DNA from: Nitrospirales bacterium | GTDB lineage: Bacteria; Nitrospirota; Nitrospiria; Nitrospirales; UBA8639 | DNA: 64,000 nucleotides | Assembly (NCBI GenBank): GCA_965223295.1 | Contig: CBDCWC010000003.1 | Span: forward strand, 128,001 to 192,000 | Direction: 5' to 3' | Shown: positions 1 through 8,844 of the stretch, in pieces | Numbering within the stretch: the stretch's first letter is position 1 | How the letters are laid out: each line of letters begins with the position of its first letter | Made by a program: the position numbers and the translations under genes | The notes under the pieces: model-generated | Seen by the model: only the letters and a program-made list of their open reading frames with translations | The model's database searches: none | Told to the model about the DNA's origin: nothing

Positions 1-1396
1 CATCCGTCAAATGTTTTTCGCCAGACTCATAGTCTGCAGGAAATAGGTTGAAGCGTCGCCACATTTCATACCATAACGGTACACGATTTAAGATGACCCA
101 CCCCATCACTTGAGTCCCTTGTCGTACATGTTCTTGAGGAGGCCAACTTCGTTTTTCAGAGTCAGGCACGACCCAGAACCGAAATTTCCCATTCGCCGAG
201 GCTGATTGATCCACTACTTGGATCCGGCCATCATATGTTCCAGCCATCAATTCAGGCCAAGCGGGAAGTGGAATGGCGGGGACACCGTGAAACAGTATCC
301 GAACCGAACGCCCTGGGCTTAAGAGAGGAGCATCAATTGAATTTGCCCACATTTCTATGGCCGGGGTCGCCTCGCCAGGAACAATCGTGAACAACAGATC
401 TCCAGGATGAACGATTTCCCCAGGCCCAATCCGCGTCAGACGAACAACGGTCCCATCAACAGGCGCAATAACCCGACTGGCCACTCGCCGCTGAAGAGCA
501 TTCGAGCGAGTCAACTCTAAATCCGCAATCTCTTTTGAAGCTTTAGCAGCCTCACCAAGGGCCGACGCTCGTTGAGACCGTGTCTCTAAGAGACGCTGAA
601 CCAATTCCGCATCAATCTGTTCACGATTATGAGCTAACGCACGTCGAGCTTGTTCCGCTTCACGGAGAGAGGCCTCAGCGGCTTTGACGTCGGCAGCAGC
701 AGCTGTTGCCGACTGAATGGCCAGTTCTAACTCTCGGCGAGAAAGTAACCCTTCGACTTCTAACAGACGTGATCGATCAAGATTTAATTTCGCCGTCTCT
801 TCTGCAACTTTGGCAGCAGCCACCCGTTGTTCGGCACTTTGAACTTTATGCTCAGCTTCAGCAACTCGAGCCTCTGCCGATGTCGTGGCAGCCTGCGTCA
901 ACGTCGACATTTCTTTCAAACGTTCCGCTAAAATATCAGCTCGCTCCAGAGCAGCTTGCCTTCGCTGTTCGAGCGCGTCACGAGATTGATCCAACCGTTC
1001 CAAGAGATCCTGCGCCAAAAATTGGGGGTTAACATCCTCTAGTTCGAGAATCAAATCTCCTTTTTTTACAGACATTCCCTCATTCACATGCCAAGTTCGA
1101 ATACTCCCGTTAATTTGTGCGTGAATTTCTTGTGGCCTTTCTGTGGGAGAATATGCTGAAAGATTTCCTTGAACGGTCACCGTCTGGGTCCAGGGCACAA
1201 AACTCAGTATCACAACAAAAACGATGAACATGATAAGCGCTGAACGGGCCCATATACCTAAAGCTCGAGGAATTTTCACCAAATTTGCCGACTGCAATTT
1301 CCTATGATCAGACAGCGGCAATTCCCCCAAAGACTTGCTTCCTTCATCTGACTCAACCAACCTTGGTGCGTCATGTTCCAAAGTAGAAATATCCAT
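1..1396 (-). CDS. HlyD-family membrane fusion/secretion adaptor (partial, runs off the left edge; missing from the ORF track)
   Basis: Manual translation from ATG 1396: MDISTLEHDAPR..., TM segment ...FVPWTQTVTVQG, lipoyl-like HAQINGSIRTWHVNEG, long coiled coil, VIAPVDGTVVR, C-terminal GWVILNRVPLWYEMWRRFNLFP; no stop found in the segments translated. Confidence 0.88.
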   Translation of the reverse strand, partial: MDISTLEHDAPRLVESDEGSKSLGELPLSDHRKLQSANLVKIPRALGIWARSALIMFIVFVVILSFVPWTQTVTVQGNLSAYSPTERPQEIHAQINGSIRTWHVNEGMSVKKGDLILELEDVNPQFLAQDLLERLDQSRDALEQRRQAALERADILAERLKEMSTLTQAATTSAEARVAEAEHKVQSAEQRVAAAKVAEETAKLNLDRSRLLEVEGLLSRRELELAIQSATAAAADVKAAEASLREAEQARRALAHNREQIDAELVQRLLETRSQRASALGEAAKASKEIADLELTRSNALQRRVASRVIAPVDGTVVRLTRIGPGEIVHPGDLLFTIVPGEATPAIEMWANSIDAPLLSPGRSVRILFHGVPAIPLPAWPELMAGTYDGRIQVVDQSASANGKFRFWVVPDSEKRSWPPQEHVRQGTQVMGWVILNRVPLWYEMWRRFNLFPADYESGEKHLTD

Positions 1397-1537
1397 ATCT
1401 TGTTAAACCTTTTCTTGATATTCAAAAATTCTAAGAATTTTTGGCACATTCATTTCTGTCTTACATGACCATCTCACTTAAAAAATGGCGCACAGATACG
1501 GCAACTTCATTAGTAGTTAATATAACAACTTTTTCAA

Positions 1538-1583
1538 ATAAGACAAATATATAATGCTTACTTGTTTCATTTAATATTTTTAT
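1538..1583 (-). promoter_or_regulatory. LysR-type operator plus sigma70 -35 for the HlyD gene (copy 1 of 3)
   Basis: GACAAAT(1542-1548)-N20-ATTTAATATTTTTAT (T-N11-A box, 1569-1583); minus strand reads TTGTCT-N16-TATATT; divergent from the LysR gene. Confidence 0.6.
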
Positions 1584-1598
1584 GTATATTTTGGAATT

Positions 1599-2498
1599 AT
1601 GAACTGGCTGAACTACCACCATTTACTCTACTTCTGGGTCATTGCTCGCGAAGGTTCAATCAAGAAGGCATGTGAAGTCCTCACCCTATCACAGCCTGCG
1701 CTGAGCGCTCAGCTCCATACCCTAGAAAATACCATTGGTGAGAAGTTATTCACTCGTCTAGGACGAAGACTAGTCCTTACTGAAGTAGGACAGGTCACGT
1801 TTCGCTATGCTGATGAAATCTTTTCCCTGGGCCAGGAATTGACCAACACGTTACAGGGCCGCGAATCATCCCATCCTATCCGTCTCGTTGTGGGGATAGC
1901 TGAAGTGGTCCCGAAAATGGTCGCCTACAAGCTTCTGAAAGTCGCATTCAAGAAATTTGAGCACATTAAGGTCGTATGTTGGGAAGGACGCTTAGAACGG
2001 CTACTTGGAGAACTGGCTCTACATTCGTTGGACATTGTGTTGACTGATGCACCAGTGCCACCTACGGTCAGTATCAAAGCTCATAGTCATTTGCTGGGTG
2101 AAACCCACGTCACGATCTTTGGGACGGAACGTTTAGCTCTTCAATATCGACGAAATTTTCCTCAGTCACTCGATGGCGCACGCTTTCTTTTACCAACAAA
2201 TAACTCTGTTCTCAGACGTGGGATGGAGGAATGGTTTCGCAAGGAACACATTACTCCTCTCATTGTCGGAGAGTTCGAAGATGGAGCAACTATGAAAGCA
2301 TTCGGACAAGAAGGTCATGGACTCTTTCCTGGCTCATCCGTTGTCGCTAAGGAAATTACTCGCCAGTATCAAGTGCGTTCTGTCGGCCATATTCCCGATC
2401 TGACTGAGCGCTTTTACGGCATTACGGTAGAACGTCGCATTCATCATCCAGCGGTATTGGCCATTTCGAAATCTGCGAAAGAATCAGTCTTTATATAG
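1599..2498 (+). CDS. nhaR: NhaR-like LysR transcriptional activator
   Basis: MNWLNYHHLLYFWVIAREGSI N-terminal HTH typical of NhaR; VGEFED and ERRIHHPAV motifs in the effector domain. Confidence 0.88.
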   Translation: MNWLNYHHLLYFWVIAREGSIKKACEVLTLSQPALSAQLHTLENTIGEKLFTRLGRRLVLTEVGQVTFRYADEIFSLGQELTNTLQGRESSHPIRLVVGIAEVVPKMVAYKLLKVAFKKFEHIKVVCWEGRLERLLGELALHSLDIVLTDAPVPPTVSIKAHSHLLGETHVTIFGTERLALQYRRNFPQSLDGARFLLPTNNSVLRRGMEEWFRKEHITPLIVGEFEDGATMKAFGQEGHGLFPGSSVVAKEITRQYQVRSVGHIPDLTERFYGITVERRIHHPAVLAISKSAKESVFI

Positions 2499-2595
2499 CA
2501 CATATGTGTTCTACTAGAGAGCGCCAACAGTGGTTACTGACCCCAATGTTGGCCTGAGCCAGAAATATGCTCCGAAAAAAGAAGGGAGTAATTGT

Positions 2596-3555
2596 ATGAA
2601 CATCTTATTGGCAGTAGATGATTCCCCAGATTCCCAAGCCGCAGCACACTTTCTACAACGAATCCAGTTTCCCGCCAAGTCGACACTCTATCTTCTCCAT
2701 GTCAATCCACTCGATGAATGGCTCCGGCTGGGAACAGCAGGGCGTACCCGACGCATGGTTGAGCAAATCAGCCGTATTCGTTCAGCAGCAGACGCGACGA
2801 TGCGAAACATTCTCAATAAAATGGAGGATACGTTTCGGAGCTCCAATTTGACCGTCCACTCTATCGTGACAGATGGTTCGCCAGGAGCAGAAATTCTGAG
2901 AGCCATAACCAAACATCACATCGACCTCGTAGTCTTGGGAACACGGGGGCTCTCTAAAATTTCGGGAGTGCTGCTTGGAAGCGTAAGTGAGTGGGTCTTG
3001 AATGAAGCACCCTGCTCTGTATTGATCGTTCGGGGAAAGACTCGGCCTAAAAAATCCACAAAAGGTTTGAATATTTTGATTGGCACTGATGGTTCGCTTG
3101 CTGCTCAGGAGGGTATCAAGTTTTTAAACAAGATCGTCATGCCCTCTTCTACAGTGCTTACCATTCTACATGTTGTGAGGAAGAAAGTTCATCAAACAGC
3201 ACAACTACTCACGACAAACCACGCTCAACATACTGAATTTAAAAAATTAGCTGAAGACCTCTTGAAAGCCCGAGGCCGAGAAGGAGTGCAACTGTTAGAA
3301 GCGACAAAAAAGGCCTTAAATCGTCATGAGCTTAAGACTGTTGAGAATCTTGCTTTTGGTCATGAAGCCGAAGAAATTCTCAAAGCTGTCAAACGGACCC
3401 GTGCTGATCTTGTCGTAGTGGGGTCTAGAGGTTTAACAGGGTTGCGACGCCTCCTTTTGGGAAGTGTGGCTCACAAATTGGCTCACCACGCACAATGCTC
3501 TGTTTTGGTGGTAAAACAAATAACCCCGAAAGGCAAAACCGGGACAAAAAGATAA
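2596..3555 (+). CDS. Tandem universal stress protein (two USP domains)
   Basis: Two USP repeats: NILLAVDDS...DLVVLGTRG...LLGSVS...PCSVLIV and NILIGTDGS...DLVVVGSRG...LLGSVA...CSVLVV. Start set at ATG 2596 behind GAAGGGAG. Confidence 0.92.
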   Translation: MNILLAVDDSPDSQAAAHFLQRIQFPAKSTLYLLHVNPLDEWLRLGTAGRTRRMVEQISRIRSAADATMRNILNKMEDTFRSSNLTVHSIVTDGSPGAEILRAITKHHIDLVVLGTRGLSKISGVLLGSVSEWVLNEAPCSVLIVRGKTRPKKSTKGLNILIGTDGSLAAQEGIKFLNKIVMPSSTVLTILHVVRKKVHQTAQLLTTNHAQHTEFKKLAEDLLKARGREGVQLLEATKKALNRHELKTVENLAFGHEAEEILKAVKRTRADLVVVGSRGLTGLRRLLLGSVAHKLAHHAQCSVLVVKQITPKGKTGTKR

Positions 3556-3723
3556 GCCTCATTTTCACATGAAGCATTTTCAAGGCCATTATGATGCTAG
3601 GCAGTTAGGTCTCTAAGAAGACCTATACCTGAGCTTCCTTTGTCAATTGCTAAATACTTCCAGTGTGTTACCCCATTCATTAAACAACTCACACCAAACG
3701 TCTGAATCTAGCCTAAGATAAAC

Positions 3724-4024
3724 GAAAATTCCGTTGGTGAGAAATTATTCACTTGCCGAGGAGGACGAAGACTCGTCTGAAGGGGTCTGTTGAAAAAATC
3801 CGCCAGCGGCGTTTTCGCCCTTTTTCCGTGCTCACGTCATACCAGTATGCTCCGCGCGCAAACATGGCTGCGGCTTTGCTGGGCCTGGCTTCGCCGAAGC
3901 GGCTTCGCGCAGGCGAGCGGATTTTTTTGAACAGACCCGAGGCCTCCAACATGTGACGTCGCAGAGACGAAATGTGGCCATTGATATCATCATTATTCAC
4001 CAGCCCCTGAAGTAGGACAGGTCA
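3724..4024 (+). pseudogene. Short relic of an nhaR-like gene, split by MITE copy 1
   Basis: 3724-3782 plus 4013-4024 align to nhaR 1725-1796 (GAAAAT.CC.TTGGTGAGAA.TTATTCACT...GGACGAAGACT.GTC...TGAAGTAGGACAGGTCA). Confidence 0.75.
3783..4007 (+). mobile_element. MITE copy 1 (225 bp, contains module A)
   Basis: Ends GGGTCTGTTGAA...TTCACCAGCCCC; perfect TSD TGAAG at 3778-3782 and 4008-4012. Confidence 0.9.
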
Positions 4025-4576
4025 AGGCCTGGGCAACGCTTGTTTCAACGCATAAAGCCCAAAGGGCTTAATCAAGAAGCCCTGTGCCCCCTCGTTCAGC
4101 AGGCGTCGAAGAGCTTGGGACTCCATTCCCCCAGACATAACCAATACCGGCATGGTATGCCCCGCCCACCGCAGCTCATTGAGCATGGTGCGCCCATCCA
4201 TCACCGGCATACGTAGGTCCAGTAGAATGGCAGCTATGGAATAGGTGTCCAGGAGCACCAAACCCTCTTGTCCATTCCGAGCCACACACACCTCATAGCC
4301 CCATGACCTAAGAGCCGCTTGCAGCATGGCGGCAAGAGACTGATTATCCTCAACCACCATAATAACAGGAAGAGAGGAGCCGAAACTTCTGGGAAGCCGA
4401 GTCGATTGGAGATCGTCATGGAGTGTATCGATCCTCCGATTTTCTTTACCCTGTAGACCGAATGGCACAAGATGGCTTTTCTGAACCAAGTTGCCCGTTC
4501 GATGGACCGAAGCTGCTGGTTGGCTTTCTACTTGTAATCTTGGTTTCGGTAACAAGAGGGGGTTTTTAACTTCCAT
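4022..4576 (-). CDS. Response regulator receiver protein with N-terminal extension
   Basis: REC motifs VVEDN, ILLDLRMPVMDG, VLVMSG, FLIKP; start ATG 4576 after GAAAGGAGGG. Confidence 0.8.
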   Translation of the reverse strand: MEVKNPLLLPKPRLQVESQPAASVHRTGNLVQKSHLVPFGLQGKENRRIDTLHDDLQSTRLPRSFGSSLPVIMVVEDNQSLAAMLQAALRSWGYEVCVARNGQEGLVLLDTYSIAAILLDLRMPVMDGRTMLNELRWAGHTMPVLVMSGGMESQALRRLLNEGAQGFLIKPFGLYALKQALPRP

Positions 4577-4663
4577 AATGCTTGCCCTCCTTTCTGTCCC
4601 AACTTCTTGTGGCGTCACCCGGTGCCCTCTGCTGCGCCAAAGCACGTATGGTTTCAACAAAAA

Positions 4664-4690
4664 GATAATGCCTCTTAGAAAATGGTCAAG
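4664..4690 (-). promoter_or_regulatory. Candidate heat-shock (sigma32-like) promoter for the REC gene
   Basis: CTTGAC-N15-ATTATC on the minus strand. Confidence 0.55.
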
Positions 4691-4757
4691 TCCTCTAGTC
4701 CATTAGATGACAGACACAGGTATGACCCTGGATGCCGTGGACGGTGGAAAACTAGAA

Positions 4758-4947
4758 GGGCCTGTTGAAAAAAGCCGCCAGCAACGTTCTCGCCATTTTT
4801 CCGTGCTCACGTATTGCCAGTACGCTCCGCGCGCAAAAATGACTGTGGCCTTGCTAGACGACATTTTTGAACAGCCCCAATGTTGTTGATGGCGAACTGC
4901 TTCCAGGCGAAATATGGCCCTTGATATCTTCATTATTCAACACTCCC
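4758..4947 (+). mobile_element. MITE copy 2 (190 bp, basic long form)
   Basis: GGGCCTGTTGAA...TTCAACACTCCC; perfect TSD TAGAA at 4753-4757 and 4948-4952. Confidence 0.9.
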
Positions 4948-5024
4948 TAGAAGGAATAACTCATTTTCCAAGGCACCTATTGGAAGAGCCGGGCATAAAT
5001 GTCAAAAAAAATTTTTTTAATTCT

Positions 5025-5051
5025 CTTCACTTTTTTTGAGAAGAATTTATC
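5025..5051 (+). promoter_or_regulatory. Candidate sigma32-like promoter for hsp20
   Basis: CTTCAC-N15-TTTATC, about 60 nt upstream of the ATG; one mismatch to CTTGAC. Confidence 0.5.
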
Positions 5052-5111
5052 TCCCACACTAGGAAGGGCAGTTACCTAATCAATTTATCAAGCAGAAAGG
5101 AGGTCTCTCAC

Positions 5112-5528
5112 ATGACGTATGCAGCCTATGCACCAATGAATGCACAAATTGACCAATTGTTAAACGACGCAGTTCAGAAATTGTCGGGGTCGGTGTCGAC
5201 TTGGGTCCCGGCCTGTAACGCCTGGGAGGAATCCGATAAATTTTGTATCGAAATGGCCTTACCAGGATGGGCGTCTGATGAAGTCTCGCTACAAGTCGAA
5301 AAGGATACGTTGACTGTCACCGGAAAAAAAGAACGCTCTCCCGATGCTGAAAAGCCTCGACGAGTCTACACCTTACAAGAGGTTGAAACGGGCACCTTTG
5401 TGCGCTCCTTCCGGTTAGCCTCGAACATCGACCATGATCAAACCAAAGCCAGTTTCACCAATGGGATGTTGCTGATTCAATTTCCCAAGAGTGAAAGTGC
5501 GAAACCTCGCCAGATTGCCATCGAGTAA
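5112..5528 (+). CDS. Hsp20/alpha-crystallin small heat-shock protein
   Basis: PACNAWE...EMALPG...LTVTG...GTFVRSFRL...ASFTNGMLLIQFPK...KPRQIAI; strong SD GAAAGGAGG. Confidence 0.93.
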   Translation: MTYAAYAPMNAQIDQLLNDAVQKLSGSVSTWVPACNAWEESDKFCIEMALPGWASDEVSLQVEKDTLTVTGKKERSPDAEKPRRVYTLQEVETGTFVRSFRLASNIDHDQTKASFTNGMLLIQFPKSESAKPRQIAIE

Positions 5529-5552
5529 GGGGGAGGATTTTACCGGTGTCGA

Positions 5553-5584
5553 CCCGGGGCGGTTTTTTTAGGAGCCGCCCCGGG
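5553..5584. terminator. GC-rich hairpin downstream of hsp20
   Basis: CCCGGGGCGG / CCGCCCCGGG stem; no clear poly-U tail. Confidence 0.5.
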
Positions 5585-5844
5585 GTTCGTCCTTTCGCTC
5601 TTAGAATATCGTGTATTCTTGCTTAAAAGGAGTTAAAAGGCTCGGAGTTCATCATGTAGAGAAATCATCTCGTTTCTATAGATGAAAATGGCTCTCACAT
5701 TCAAAAAAAATCAAGGGAAAGATAACCTCTTGTAGAGTTTTCATTGAAGAACCCCTTCAGTAGGTCATCCAGCTTTTCGACTTGAAAGGACCAGGCAAGC
5801 AATCAGCCATGAAGATTCCTATGCGCGATATCTTTTCTTAATTT

Positions 5845-7253
5845 TCAATTATAGAGTTTGTTATAGGCATCGAGGGCCGCAACTTTATAACATTCTGCCA
5901 AAGTGGGATAGTTGAAAACCGTCTTTATAAAATAATCTAATCCTCCACCTAAACCCATCACGGCTTGACCCACATGAATGAGTTCAGTGGCTCCCGTGCC
6001 AATCGCATGCACTCCCAACAGTCGGTGATCATCCCGATGGAATAACATTTTAAACAAGCCGGTATGGTCACCCATGATAGCGCCACGGGCAATCTCCCGG
6101 TAACGAGCGATGCCGGTCTCATACGGCACCTTATTCTGAGTTAAGCGTTGCTCAGTTTTCCCAACCATGGAGAGTTCGGGAATCGAATAGATTCCAATGG
6201 GGAAATACTCGACCATAGGATGGGCGGGACAATCAAACGCATAACAGGCTGCTAATCGTCCCTGCTCAGAGGAGGTGGCCGCTAAACTTGGGTATCCAAT
6301 CACATCGCCAGCTGCATAAATGTACGGCACCGCTGTTTGGAAATGGTCATTGACCGCCAAACGTCCTCGTCCATCAGCCTCTAGACCAACTGCTTTCAAA
6401 TTCAGTGTTTCTGTGGCTCCTAACCGCCCAATGGAGTAGAGCACTAAGTCCGAGAGCAATCGCTTACCTGAGTCGAGCTGGACAACGGCGCGTGTTCGAG
6501 GGCCGGAAGAAATTTCAAGTTGTTCGACGCTTTCACTTAAGCGAAATGTTACATTCTTGTTACGCATCTGATGTATCAATTCATCTACAATTTCTAAATC
6601 AATAAACTCTAGAGGGCGGTCCCGGCTATCGACCACAATCACTTCCACACCTAACTCAGCAAACATGGAAGCATATTCCATCCCGATGACTCCTGCCCCC
6701 ACCACAGTCATTGACTTTGGTAATCGTTTAAGACTCAAGACTCCATCACTATTGATAATCATGGTCCCATCCGTCGGAACTCCTGGAGGGGGAGTGGGAA
6801 TGGTACCGACAGCTATAAGAAACTTGCAGAAGTAATCTGTTGACCTGCAAACTCATCTAGGATGCCAAGGGTGTGGGGACCGAGAAAGGACGCATCCCCT
6901 CGGATCATCTCCACGTCATTTCTCAAGAGCTGATCCTCCAACACCTCCCCCTCATGTCGAATGACTTCTATGACACGGGAAAGAAGAAGGTTGGCTGATG
7001 GACGACTAGTTGAAACTCGTTCTGATTGGGAACGGATACCTGAGCCACGGGAAAAGGCCAAAACCGCTTCTCGAAAGGTCTTACTAGGGATGGTGCCCGT
7101 GTCAAGACAAGTCCCCCCAATCACACGGTTTTTTTCGATGACCGCAACCTTTTTCCCAAGCTTGGCAGCTTGGATTGCGGCCCTCTGCCCAGCCGGGCCG
7201 CTACCGATACAGACGAGATCGAATTGATAGTTGCTCGTCGTAGGGATGATCAT
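5845..7253 (-). pseudogene. sthA: Soluble pyridine nucleotide transhydrogenase (Si-specific), split by a 1-nt frameshift near 6820 (real or sequencing error)
   Basis: N part FDLVCIGSGPAGQRAAIQAAKLG...GGTCLDTGTIPSKTFRE (no CxxxxC disulfide); C part VVGAGVIGMEYASMF...TVFNYPTLAECYKVAALDA. Adding one base at GCAAGTTTCTTATAGCT joins the two frames. Confidence 0.88.
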
Positions 7254-7437
7254 CTTTCTTATTCTGGTTAATGCTTTATGGTGGTTCCCAGCAGCTATCG
7301 ATTCTAACCCCTCATCTGTCAGATCTTTTTCATTCCCATGAGCCCAAATGCTGGACAACGTGAGCTAACAAAACCAATAAAGAAAGGGTCGGTTATCATA
7401 TTTTATAGTTCCCACATTCGAAAATCCCCTCGCATCC

Positions 7438-7836
7438 CTAGCTCCGCTCCTCCATCAAGACGCCATGTCTTGTAGCAGAAGTCTGTATTTTCGCAAGCTC
7501 ATGAGTATGCCAGGTAATTCGCTGACGAAGTGTATTCACTTCTTTCTCCCATCTCCCCTTGAGAGTGTTCCATCCAGATCGCCTAAACCCTTTTGGATCC
7601 AGATAAGGCGTTTGTGTATATCTGTCAATAAGTGTTTCCAGCTTTTGAAGCTCGGGGCTCAACATAGCCAATTTGCCTTCATGTTCTTCAAGTGCGGCAA
7701 CATGGTAGCTCACTGGATCTACCTGTTTAGATTGGGGAAAGCCTTCACCAGAGCCATTGCCATGAGAAATGCACCCTGTCAACGTCAACCCAACTCCCAA
7801 AATCAATCTTGCGAAAAGAGTAGTTCTGGCATTCAT
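7438..7836 (-). CDS. Uncharacterised lipoprotein (PYLDPK family, paralogue of 19888-20328)
   Basis: Lipobox LTG-C, SD GAAAGGAG, helical region with PYLDPKGFRRSGW...ITWH. Confidence 0.75.
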   Translation of the reverse strand: MNARTTLFARLILGVGLTLTGCISHGNGSGEGFPQSKQVDPVSYHVAALEEHEGKLAMLSPELQKLETLIDRYTQTPYLDPKGFRRSGWNTLKGRWEKEVNTLRQRITWHTHELAKIQTSATRHGVLMEERS

Positions 7837-7932
7837 GTTATTCTCCTTTCTTCAATGAGCCTGGGATCCCATAGACATCTTTTCATGTATTTCTATTAAC
7901 CTCTTCTGCCTTACTATAGAGACATTTTTATC

Positions 7933-7978
7933 ATAAGACAAATATATAACTTATCACTATATCATTTAAAATATTTAT
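7933..7978 (-). promoter_or_regulatory. LysR-type operator plus sigma70 promoter (copy 2 of 3)
   Basis: ATAAGACAAATATATAA identical to 1538-1554; box ATTTAAAATATTTAT at 7964-7978; minus strand TTGTCT-N17-TATAGT. Confidence 0.65.
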
Positions 7979-8352
7979 CTTTTCACGATTCTGCCAAACG
8001 TCATTATCCCTACCTTAGGAAATCTCACCTCGATACGACTTCCACATAGCAAGACACTATCGCGCTTCTGCGCGCAGCACCATGTGAGAGGGTTGACTGC
8101 GGACTACTGCAAGGGTCGGAGCTAAATACGTGAGTCCTGAATCAAGCCAGGGCTGTCATTGTCATATTCACGAAGCCGACGCTCACCTTTGAGAAAGAAA
8201 AGCCTACGGCCTAGAATCACACACTGGATTCCCTTGCCCTTAGCGTAAAACTGATTGAAGTCGCACGAATCTGATGCTAGTAGAGCACTCTTTTACTGGA
8301 TACAACCAGTCAATGTGAGGAAGGTACAATCTGTTGTCGTGGACACGTTGCA

Positions 8353-8688
8353 TTAAGATTCTGCTGAATCAAAGTGCTCTTTTCTGAGCACACATGCATC
8401 GATGACAAATATACTACCAGAATGACGTTCTAGAAAGGGCCTCAGACCTGACAGAATCGGATCGACTTTCTCTTCTGGAACGACAGTCAAGACCATTTGC
8501 AAGCTACTCGTGTCGTTAAACATCAAGTGCCCTTCATGAAATCCGCTATGGCCTTTGCCGGATAAATTACTGAAGATGGTATAGCCACTCGCCTTGATTT
8601 GATCGAGCACTTCCGTCACGAAGTTTATGTGCTCGCCATCTACAATGACCTTGATCTCTTTCATCGGATGAAGCTTAATGCTGCTCAT
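8353..8688 (-). CDS. P-II superfamily protein (SbtB-like) associated with DAB
   Basis: MKEIKVIV...SGYTIF.NLSGKGHSG...TVVPEE...HSGSIFV; start ATG 8688 after GAGGAGG. The ORF-track extension lies in a MITE. Confidence 0.85.
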   Translation of the reverse strand: MSSIKLHPMKEIKVIVDGEHINFVTEVLDQIKASGYTIFSNLSGKGHSGFHEGHLMFNDTSSLQMVLTVVPEEKVDPILSGLRPFLERHSGSIFVIDACVLRKEHFDSAES

Positions 8689-8721
8689 GATTGCTTGGTC
8701 CTCCTCAACCTGATGGATTAT

Positions 8722-8843
8722 GAGAATGTTAAAAAAAGCTGCCAGCTTCGTTCTCGCCGTTTTGCCGTGTTCACGTGCAATATCCACGCTCCACGCGTGA
8801 AAGCCAGTGCGGCCTTGCCGGGCAAACTTTTTTGAACATTCCC
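8722..8843 (+). mobile_element. MITE copy 3 (122 bp short form using the inner right end)
   Basis: GAGAATGTTAAAAAAA...TTTTTTGAACATTCCC; perfect TSD ATTAT at 8717-8721 and 8844-8848, overlapping the dabA stop codon. Confidence 0.85.
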
Positions 8844-8844
8844 A

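Noticed and set aside
706-1032. 108-aa plus-strand ORF
   Set aside because: Antisense shadow of the HlyD coiled-coil region.
1441-1457. Sigma54-like TTGGCAC upstream of nhaR
   Set aside because: The -12 position reads TTTCT, without the required GC.
7990-8350. Unannotated 360-bp gap downstream of P-II as a possible ncRNA or small gene
   Set aside because: Only a 32-codon minus-strand ORF and no convincing structure or family motif.
8689-8787. N-terminal extension of the P-II ORF
   Set aside because: It starts inside MITE copy 3; a good SD precedes ATG 8688.
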